From Eledone cirrhosa (Eukaryota), in contig OZ024747.1 of assembly GCA_964016885.1 (NCBI GenBank), forward strand, positions 69,254,001 to 69,318,000: 64,000 nt of DNA, in the 5' to 3' direction. The first letter of the stretch is position 1, and each line of letters begins with the position of its first letter. Position numbers and translations under genes: made by a program. Positions 53,749-64,000 of the stretch are shown one piece after another. Under the pieces are notes generated by a model. It made no database searches. It saw only the letters and a program-made list of their open reading frames with translations, and was not told where the DNA came from.

Positions 53749-53752
<4 letters not shown>
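53556..53752. mobile_element. Family Z fold-back element
   Basis: Perfect arms 53636-53690 and 53697-53750, each with GAAAC GGC..GCC GTC^GGGG. Minus-strand tail hairpin 53603-53630. Confidence 0.85.
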
Positions 53753-53800
<48 letters not shown>

Positions 53801-56034
53801 TACATACATACATACATTCATACACATAAATACATTCATCAATACATAGGTGTATACATGTATATGTGTGTCTGTGTGTATACACACATAAATGCATGAA
53901 ACTATGAGTGCATATAATATGCAAGCTAACAAATAACATTGAGCCGCCTGCTTTATGTATATTTCCATCTACATTAGTAGTGATAGTAGTGGGCGGTAAC
54001 AACTGTGACAAGAGGCTGATTATAAAAGACTTTTATATCCTGACGTCATCACGAACGCATCCTTCACGTGTGTGTCTGTGTATCTGTATATTTGTGTGTT
54101 TGCGAACGGTTTCAGAAATATTTCAAATAAAGTCCCGCCTATTTCTTGAAATGTACATATTTCTTCAACCTTCCTCCCTTCCTCTCTCGCTCTCCCTCCC
54201 TCTCCTTCCGTTCCTTTTCCCCCACCCTCTCGTCTTCCCCTGTTCATTTGATAACGATATTTAATGGTGGTGTGTGGCAGAAACGGTTAAATCGACCTGC
54301 CTCACATAATACATTGGAATGTTTTTCTAAATATTTTCCCCTCAACATTCTGAGTTCGAATTATACTGGAGTTGGAATTTCGTTTTTGGTTTTGGCCTTT
54401 CTTTAAAATATGTACTAAAATATTGCTGTTATTATTTAGATCATGGTCTGTTTTGATTTATCAGACTTATGATCAAAGATGCTCCAGCCGTGACCATATC
54501 ATCTTTTAATAGCTTTTGGCCATGTTATTTTACAAAAACTGCAATCTAATATAACATCTTTTTTTTTTTACATTGTGGTGGTGATTCTATTAGTGGATTA
54601 CTTAACTAGAATGTATTGTAATATTTAGATAACTTCTGATTTCAAATCCTGTTCAAGTTTACATTAACTAGATATGGAAGGACATGAATGCCCATAAAAA
54701 CGAACTAGAAATATGTTGCCATCAGTTTAATCTCGTCACCCAGGCCTCACACTGATTACTTCATCCTGTCTCTACTCAAGAATGTCACACCTCTAGAATT
54801 CCCTTCCTGCTTGTGATTTTTCCCTGCATCTCTCAACGTGCAATTAATTGATTAAGCGGGATATTTATCTCGTTGATTTTACATGTCTTGTGGAAGCCCC
54901 GAAACCAATGATCACAGCGCCTTCATTCAGAACAAAGCAATATTAAATAAAATACAATATACTTTCTTTTTAATGTTTAATCAGAAAGGAGTAGTGACCA
55001 TGGTACATTATAGGACCTGTGTGTGCAAAACAGAGAGGAAGGTATTACTAATCCGAATATCCGGTTCGAATGCTTGCAACAATTGACTTCTCTAAAGTTA
55101 TTCAAACGGCAGGCGGAGATGTTAAACTGGGTAACGGATTAAGTCAACTACTCAATTGATCCACAGAAAGATTTGAACTCAAAATCCAAGGTGCCGTCAC
55201 AAATAGCACAAAGGTCTAACATTTACGCCAAATCACCTCCTAAATTGGTACTATTTGATGACTTCGAAAGAATGACAGTCAAAGTTGACCTCGGTGGGAT
55301 TTGAACTTAGAGCGAGAAGTGTCGAAACAAATGGTCCAAGGCATTTCCCCCCACGCTCTAATGCTTCTTATAATTGACCGACTATTATGCTATTCTCATA
55401 AAGAGAGATTGGCGTTTAGTCAGGAGAAAAAGATATTGCTATTTCAGATTAGCAAAGTACACGAATCCATTTGAAACCTAACTATAATTTCATTTCATTT
55501 GGGTCATCAATGTCCTTCAGAAAGGCACAAACATCACACAATCCCTTTGTTACAATCCTTGTGTTATATTTTATTGTTGTTGGTATTGTTAACATTGTTG
55601 TTGTTACCAATTCAGCCTTGTAACCAAGAACATTCTAGCGGTAATCAACGAAACCTTTCAGACACCATAAAATACATTGTTCAAAATGTGCCCTTTTTAA
55701 AAATAAGACAAGGTATGATTTGACTACGTTTTTGGTTTGACTACTATTTCTAACATTTCAAGTAACGAAGTAGAAACTCCCGGGGAAAAAAGAATCTTCT
55801 AGCGGGATGTCATGAATACTCACTAAAAGAATAAACGGTTACAAAGGAGTACTACCAAGAGGTCTTTGGATGTAATCGTGATACAGATCGGTGCAAGAGA
55901 CCGGATTTATGGGCCTCACAAAACTAGTGGCTGCATCATGAATGCCCCGGCTAATTCGCCGTAGTTGATTAAAAGGGTCTTGGCAATGGAAAGCATTTCT
56001 CTCATTCTCCAGGCTTCCTATTTCTCTAGACTTA

Positions 56035-56260
56035 ACTTCTTTGAGAACTGAAAGGATATCGTGCAGAATTGAACGTCGGAGCTGAGAGCTTTTCTAGAAG
56101 ATACATTCCTGACGTGCCTCAAAAAGTGGAAGGAACGCTAGGCTAAGTGTGTAGAGGCACAAGGGGCCTACTTCAAAGGTGAGATTAGCAGTTGAACCCC
56201 ACCAAGTATGTAATTTTATTATCCCAGCCTAAGGTCGGCTACTTTTTCAGCGACGTCGTT
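56035..56260 (+). pseudogene. Mariner transposase C-terminal remnant with right TIR
   Basis: ELRAFLEDTFLTCLKKWKER*AKCVEAQGAYFKG (W..RW.KCV...G.YFEG motif), followed by TIR-like gtcggctactttttcagcgacgtcgt. Confidence 0.8.
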
Positions 56261-56368
56261 TATATATAACATAATATATTCAATTATATGTAATTATATA
56301 TCTGTATGTACATATGTATATGCGTGTGAATATGTATACATACACTCACAAAGACACAAGCACATACA

Positions 56369-56410
<42 letters not shown>

Positions 56411-56699
56411 TATATATATACACATATATGTATGTGTATATATAATTAACTACCAGCATAGGCACTAAATATATTTCGTTATTACTACTATGTTTAAAAG
56501 GCTTCATCAGACCATCAATTACGTATTTTCCTGTGATTGTTTGATGTGCATATACTCTGATTAACACACCAACAAGAGTCGTAAAGAAATTAATAATATT
56601 CATCGTTTTATTTTTCAATCAACAGGGAAACACATGAAATCGAACCATTTAAAAATCTGTATATTCACAAACACATTTACACGATCTCAGTTTAAATGT

Positions 56700-56747
<48 letters not shown>

Positions 56748-56932
56748 TGCGATGCTACTAGGTAAGACTGGTGAGACCATTATTTAATCATGCTTAAGGA
56801 AATACGGAAAGTGGTGTAGTAGTGTATAGAGGTTATAATGGAAGAGAGAGCCCGAGGGTCAAGATTGACCGTCGGACTTCCTTCCCTAAGAAACAATCCC
56901 CCACACACACACGTATGTGTGTGTGTGTATGC

Positions 56933-56973
<41 letters not shown>

Positions 56974-57639
56974 CAAATATGTAATTGTCCCCCATTAGAC
57001 AACAAATAATGATCTTTAGATGGGGTAACCAATTTACACACGTCTGTAAGCAATCTTATACATGTGCAACTACACACACACATACACACACTACAAGATA
57101 AAACAAAAAATAAAAACACAAACGGAACCTCCACTAAACCCATCTATACTTTCTGTTTTTCTTTTTTTTATCAGATCGTCCAGAAACCTTTTCTTCGACA
57201 AATATTACCCCACCTCACCTTTCAACCATGTTTATACTTATATTTGTATTTTTATTTACCTCCCTTCTTTCTTATATTGTTGCCTTTTATCTGCCAGTCA
57301 TAAGAATAACTACAAGTTTGTACACAATGAAGCCCCACGTACGCAACACATACACCACAAGACAAAAGAAAAATGTCATATCAATTCCTAGCTATTTTTC
57401 GCTATTTTTACAAACCCTGAAAATAACGTGATGGAACCCCAGCTAAATGTACAGAAAGAGATAGAGAGAGAGAGAAGAACAAACTGCCATTAAATTCACG
57501 TATGTTCTGCCCACAGAATATGAGAACAAACTCTTTAGAAACCGGTAATATTTGATAAAATTTAAATCCATTTGATTTAACAATTATAAAAATATTCATT
57601 TTGTCGGATTAAAGAAAAATAATAATCTTTAAATATACG

Positions 57640-57806
57640 GATACACCAGAAGAGGGAGACCGCGGTTGACATATGTTGATGTCCTAAGGACAGACACAGG
57701 TCTCTTGGAGACGCAGGACATATCAGCCATGATAAAGGACAGAGACTGCTGGAAAGAACTCGTCCATGGGTATCGGGAATTTTACACACCCTAGATAGAT
57801 AGATAG
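57640..57806 (+). mobile_element. RTE-like LINE 3' end with (TAGA)n tail
   Basis: TRRGRPRLTYVDVLRTDTGL..MIKDRDCWKELV. Confidence 0.75.
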
Positions 57807-58179
57807 AAATATACCCCTGTGCTTTTTCACTTTTACTTTTTACCTATAGTCTTCAATCTGTATGGAACTTTTCCCTCTTTTCAACTATTTATAAATATAT
57901 ATATATTTATAAATAACACTAACATACCATTATTCACAATAGAGACGTACATGAAGGCATATATTTATGTATAATAAACATATATGTCTCAATATGATTA
58001 TTTCAAGCTGTGATCATGTCGCGTGTAACTGAGTGACTCTGTGTGAACGCCAAACACTGTTGTTTCGGGAATTTTTATCCAAACATAAAACATACAGACA
58101 TTTATTCATTTGGTATTGAGACAAGGATAACATACTTTTTGCATATAAAACATCTATATAATTGTATTTATACATCTAT

Positions 58180-58845
58180 GTACATGTTCTTTATCTTCTT
58201 TGCTATGACTCTCACATATGCTTTCAATAATTGCGATGACGGCATGTCCACAGTTAAAGTGTTTAACTTGACAATCTTTAGGGCTAAATCAAAGTCTTTC
58301 CAGTCTGCTATCCGAGAGTTATTCTATGCAAATGATATAAACCTTGTTACTCATACCAAGAAGGACATGCAGGCAATCATGGACCTGTTTTCTGAGGCAA
58401 GTACTGCCTTCGGGCTTACCATCAACACAGAAAAGACCACGGTTATGTATAAATCTCTTACTGGGCAACATTACGCCGACCCTACACCTTTATTCAGTGT
58501 CAGAAGTTGGAGGTTGTTGATACATTTGTCTACCTTGGTAGTGCTCCCTCTAGAGATAGTTCATTGGACTTGGAAATCAAATCAAGGATCGAAAAAAGCG
58601 GCAAAGCATTCGGTAAGCTGGAGGGACGAGTCTGGTCGACAAAGGTATCTCGATTTGCTATACTGTAAGTGTCTACCAATCATGTGTCCTAACTGCTTTC
58701 TTGTACTCTTCTGAGATGTAGGCCACATACCGGCATCATTTCAAGACACTAGAATGATTCCACCAAAAATGTCTAAGCTCTATCTTGAATATTAAGTGGC
58801 AGTTATTTACACCTGACACCGTTGTTCTGCCGCGAGCCAATCCAG
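58180..58845 (+). pseudogene. Decayed RTE (BovB-like) LINE reverse transcriptase
   Basis: IRELFYANDINLVTHTKKDMQAIMDLFSEASTAFGLTINTEKT (LFADD motif decayed) and LEVVDTFVYLGS..EIKSRIEK..KAFGKL after a frameshift. Confidence 0.88.
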
Positions 58846-59790
58846 TCTTTACAAGCTCTACCAGTGTTTACAATTCTCATTGGACAACATCGGTTGCGCA
58901 GAGAAAGAAGACAGTTAAGCATGGGTGATTGTTGGTCTTTTAAAAATAAAACTTAGCTCAGGCCTCTACCTTTGTGGAGAGAGACTATCTCAGTATAAAC
59001 TCTGTGGTCATTTCTGATCTTTTATATTTTATTATGTCTAAGTGATAAGTCTTGTTACTACGAAGCTTCAGCTGTATACTTACAGGATCATCAGTCATTC
59101 TTTAAGCAAAATAACAAACAGTAATACCTAATGTAATAACTATATTAATACCAACAGCTGTGAACAAGCAGCCAGGAAAACTAATTAAGTTAATAATAAT
59201 CAAGTGATACGTTCTCTCCCCCTCACGTGTATTTACAGTTTAACTGAAATTCAAAGCTTCGCTGTACAAACAAAGGTATATCAAAATATTGTAGAAAACC
59301 CTTCAAATCATCTGGAACGATTTGTCCGAGCATGTTTGAAATATAAACGGGACATGCAAGCCATAGAAACCAATATGAGGAAGACTTCAAAATTATAGTA
59401 AGAAGTAATATGTGAAATATAGGCAATTGTCAATAAGCAATCCAGTCCAGTACCCTCGGGCTTCGAATAATACCCCCCACCTCCTTATTAGATTTTGATT
59501 TTTTTTAGATCCTTCCCACTCTTATTCTCCTTCACCCGCTTATTAAATTTTGCTAATCTATCTCCGGAAAAATTTTATTTTAAGTAGTAGCATTCCTACG
59601 ACAATTCATTTTCATTAGACATTAAAAAAACATTATACATGACAAAAAATAACATTAGAGGAAATCCCATACGTTTTGAAATGAATAGAATGGGTTGGGG
59701 TTTCAATATGTAAACTATATAACTAATTCTGGTTTTAAATAAAAATCAAGAGACAGAAACTAGAACTATCCCGTTATCTGGGTATACAAA

Positions 59791-59972
59791 TAATTCTTTT
59801 TACTTTAGGCACAAGGCCAGCAATTACCCAGTACATTACTGGTACTTTATTTTATCGACCCCATAAAGATGAAAGGCAAAGTTAACCTCGGCGGGATTTG
59901 AACTCAGACTGCAAAGGGACGTAACTATGCTTCAAAGCATGGCGTCCGACCCTCTACCGATACTGCCAATCC
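59791..59972 (-). mobile_element. Full-length SINE
   Basis: Minus-strand head, B-box, core and tail. Confidence 0.9.
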
Positions 59973-61129
59973 TACAAGTAATATACAAAATTATGTATTT
60001 TCTGATATATGTAACGGGAATGAAGTTGCTATTTGAGCTGAAGATATGCAATTCAAATTCAGCAAACATTTTGAATCAGGATATCATGTAACTTAAACAG
60101 TGAAATTTTATTTCTGTGAAGTAACATTTCCCAGATCCTTGTCTTTATGAAATGAAACTGAATATAAAGAAACAACAGAAATGAGAAAAGTAGATTAAAA
60201 CACTAATCCCTAAACTATATCAACTAAAATAGCACTTACAGCTATAACTGAAAATTAAAATCTAACATTACCTCTAATAAATGGAAAAATGCAGAATAGA
60301 TTGCTTGCCAGAGATTCCACATCAGTCGATTGTAACTTCAGCGGAAACAACTCAATCTCTGTAAAAGACACTATCAGAAGATGATGTTTAAAGCTATTGG
60401 AAGTCAATATGGAAAGGAAATGACGACGTAAATAGGCTAACTGTTTGTAAAGAAGATCTAGAGTAAGCCCACTGCTATCTTGGTGAACAAAACAATACAA
60501 AATTGATGGCAAAATGTTGGAAACAGTCCCACACCACATGGCAAACAGAAAATCTCCAGGGCCACATCGTAGAACAGGATATCGGCAAGATTTGTATAGA
60601 GAAATTTCCAGGGGCACGTTAGAAATATCCAAATGGCTATAAATTTCCATTCCTTTTCTCATCCTACAAAATAGCCAAATTACTAAAGCTAACAATCACC
60701 GCAGAATAAGCTGGCAAAAAGATCATGCATAAGATATCCCCTTTGTGTCCTAATCTACTCTTGTAAAATCATGTTGTCACCAATAATATTATAACACCTG
60801 AGCAAGCTTCAGTGAATAAGTGTGGAACTGTATAGAGTAGCTACTAAACAACAAAATGATACAGGAAAAAGAATAAAATCCACAGGAACGTGATAGTAGT
60901 GTGACTGGACTACCAGAAAACCTACAATAGTATACTACATAAATGGACAGTTTATAACCTTACAGGTAGCCAAAATCCCACAACCACAAGTAGCTGCTAT
61001 TCAACACCTAACCGATACTTGGTACACAACTTTATTTCTTAGAGGTGATAAGAATCAAATCAGATCTGACATCACACGTTACCAAAGAAGCATTATACAG
61101 GATGATAGCTTGTCAGTACTGATTTAATT

Positions 61130-61660
61130 CTCACGTTAGACCAACTATCATACCTGCTCACAAAACATAGCATCCATAGAAATGAACCCAAATATGTCTC
61201 TCATATTTTCTTTGTAGACGGCCAGTAGTTGTGCCAGGTATCAGCCACATCAAAAATATTTGAACCTCATTACCCAAAAGATTGGAATGGTTTTTGGTAC
61301 CAGTAATGAAGGCCTGTCATGTCGTTTATTTTTGTTTTTGTAATTGACGTTTGAACGGCTTCAATTTTCAGATCTTTTGTTTCATGTTGGAGGACCACAG
61401 CGGGCAACAATATTCAAAGTAAAATGGGGAAAAGGTAGAAAATAGAAGGATAATGGTAGAAGTATCTCTAGACTAAAAAAGTTCTAAGAACTCAGGAACA
61501 CATCGTGCGGACCATATCAACTTTGACGTTGATGTAGACACTCCAGATTAGATTGTCAACAGTTACACCAGTCGTTAATGTTATTTGATGCCACATGGAT
61601 TTCTCCGGAGGCAAGAGAATATGGTTGTTTAAGCGCATCGTGCTTTTAAAAAAAATATGG
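61130..61660 (-). pseudogene. Decayed CR1-like LINE, post-RT region
   Basis: GVTVDNL.WSVYI, VLRTF.SRDTSTIILLF, FEYCCPLWSS, KLEAVQ and GLHYW. Confidence 0.8.
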
Positions 61661-61699
61661 ATGCGTTCAAATTTCATTTTGTTTAGCAGCATATTGTTT

Positions 61700-62310
61700 T
61701 CATTATCGGTAGTGCACCGAACAACGTCTTGTGGTGTAGAGTTACGTCCCTTTGCGTTCTGAGTTGAAATCCCACCGAGGTTAGCTTTACCTCTTTCTCA
61801 TCCTTACTGGAGTGATAAAATAAAGTACCAGTAACGCATTGGGGATGATTTAATCGAGTTTCCCCTTCACCAAAATTGTTGACTTTGCATCTAAATCAGA
61901 AACCATTATTCAGTATCGGTAGAGGGTCGGATGCCATGCTTTGACGCAAAGAGTTACGGCCCTTTCCATTCTGAGTTCAAATCCCGCCGATGTTAACTTT
62001 GCCTTTCATCCTTACGGGGTCGATAAAATAAAGTACCAGTAATACACTGGGTAATTGCTGGCCTTGTGCCAAAAGTAGAAACAATTATTATTATTATTTT
62101 GATTAGCAGAATCGTTAGAGAGTGTCGAACCAAAAGATTTACTTTATCTAATGATGACTTTTTCTTTATGCCATGAGTTCAAATTTCACAGAGATAAATT
62201 TTGCTTTTCTTCCTCTCAGTGCGTGGGGTGGGTGTTGGTGGGGGGGGGGGGGTCGATTAGATAAAATATATTCTAAATTAGAAGCCTTGTGCCTGCATCA
62301 GAAATCATTG
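61700..62310 (+). mobile_element. Three tandem SINE copies of different ages
   Basis: B-boxes at ~61761, ~61973 and ~62175, each followed by core and tail. Confidence 0.8.
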
Positions 62311-63254
62311 TTCTCACTGTCTTGGTCGGAGAATTCAATTGCTTCACTTTTATGACATTAAATAATTTCTCTTAAATTTCATCCAGATTTTCCTTGAAAC
62401 TATAGTTTAGCTAATTAATACAGTTGGTGGATGTAAAATCGCTATTATTTATTTCTTAATACGAAAATTATGAAGAATTCTTTGTAAGTTTTATCAAGCA
62501 GCTCAGCTGTAATATATAGTTACGACACATTATATTCTGAGTTGAAATGAAAAGTGTGGGATTTTCTTTCATCCTTTGAGTGGGTCGGGGAACATGAAGT
62601 GAGTGTTAAATATTAGAGTCCCTATAATAATCGACTAGAGTCAGTTATCTAAATTTGGGTCCCTCTATCAGCGTAAGAAATCAATAATTCAAACCCTAAT
62701 AGTTTGGCCAAATTTCCATGTGCACACACACACACACATGCATGTGCACATACACATACATGCATGCACACACATGCACAAACACGCGTGAGCATACGCA
62801 CACATACATTCACAAGCACAAAATGTCACACAGAGGCGCCTCCTAAAGAATATATATAAAGTGCATTGAGCACGAAACGATTGGTACTCGAGTTATTTGT
62901 ATATCTTTGCAGTTATAGTACATACGCACACACACACATACACATATATATGTGTGTGTGTGTGTATGTACATATATAAATACATATGAGGGGATGTATG
63001 TGTGCGTAAGTATGTACGTATATGTGTAGAAGTGTGTGTTACACACGTGTTAACAATACACACACACTCACATATTCATTTTAAAAAGAACAACAAAAAA
63101 CGACTACCAAGTGACGACGGCTTTGTGCATCATGATGTCTTAACTGCGCCAGTGCACATGTGCTGACAGATATTTGTGTAACGTAATATTGATTATATAG
63201 ATACGTAATATTTATATATACATCTATGTATGCATACATATATATTTTAATGAT

Positions 63255-63600
63255 TCTTTAGGTACCACTTTAGAAGGAGAATCAGAATGGAGAGAGAGGT
63301 ACTGCACCCCAGTAAATTTACTGAAAGGTGGATGAATGTGGCAAAAATGGCCCGAGTGATTGGGCCTTCCCTGTATATAAACTGTATATAAACCTGTAGC
63401 AAAAGGAAGAAAGGAGCAGCCGCACAACATGCTCCTGAAGTTGAGGGTTGTTCTATCTACGAGGTATAAAACAACCCATTTGTAACGCCTCGCCCCTATT
63501 GGGTATTTCGATCGTTGAATTCGTTTGTTAAAAATCCCCGCCATATGTCTTTGTATTGTCCTCTTTTCTTGTGCGCCCTTGTGGCAAATAAAAAAAAAAT
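63255..63600 (+). mobile_element. L1/Tx1-like LINE 3' end
   Basis: FRYHFRRRIRMEREVLHPSKFTERWMNVAKMARVIG, then a UTR ending gcccttgtggcaaataaaaaaaa. Confidence 0.6.
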
Positions 63601-63639
63601 ATATTTTAATTATTCTTCTATCTATTTATCTACCTACCG

Positions 63640-63696
63640 TTCGGATCTAGCTGTCGAAACGGTCGGAGCTCAGCCGTCGGGGTCCTGAATCTTTTC

Positions 63697-63700
<4 letters not shown>
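63640..63700 (+). mobile_element. Family Z fragment
   Basis: ttcggatctagctgtcGAAACGGTcggagctcaGCCGTC^gggg, ending at (TA)n. Confidence 0.75.
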
Positions 63701-63730
<30 letters not shown>

Positions 63731-63732
<2 letters not shown>

Positions 63733-63960
63733 GGCCGGATTTACCAATAAGTCTATTTGGCCATTGGCCTAGGGACCACGGATATTTGCGTGCCAACGTA
63801 TGACCTTGTTCCAAATGCAAACCGAGTATTTCATTATGTAATTATATATAAAACCATAAGGGCCACTGTACAACAGTTCAAGTTCTCAAGTGGACCACGG
63901 ATTTAGGCTATATAGTAAAATGATATGCAGCATTTGTTGACATTTGGCCATTGCAAAAAA
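63731..63960 (+). mobile_element. Possible hAT-like DNA element left end
   Basis: Begins AGGGCCGGATTTA, with an internal repeat ggaccacggat. Right TIR not seen in the window. Confidence 0.4.
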
Positions 63961-64000
63961 AAAAAAAAAAAAAAAAAAAATCACAGAGACACACACATTG

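Noticed and set aside
60255-60760. 146-aa ORF / possible LINE relic
   Set aside because: No recognisable motif in the listed frame, and the opposite strand has stops and only vague LINE resemblance.

Overview
Eukaryotic, extremely microsatellite-rich ((TA)n, (CA)n, (GA)n, (CTA)n, (CAT)n) non-coding DNA. The SINE and LINE repertoire suggests an octopod cephalopod (inference, not verified). No intact host protein-coding gene is supportable: the listed ORFs are translations of simple repeats or decayed retroelements. The window holds about 20 copies of a tRNA-headed SINE, decayed LINE fragments (CRE-like, CR1/L2-like, RTE, HERO-like, L1/Tx1-like), mariner/pogo/piggyBac-like MITEs and several minisatellites. 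The main result is a dense set of short (100-500 bp) non-coding elements inserted in (TA)n tracts, from roughly a dozen unrelated sequence families. They share one architecture: a type I hammerhead ribozyme (about 18 intact or degenerate cores read by eye), an asymmetric fold-back inverted repeat, and a conserved ACTC...GAGT-RCTC hairpin plus tail. The short inverted arm repeatedly ends about 4-10 nt before that hairpin. This fits Penelope-like (pLTR) or retrozyme-type retroelements that target TA microsatellites and start reverse transcription internally.
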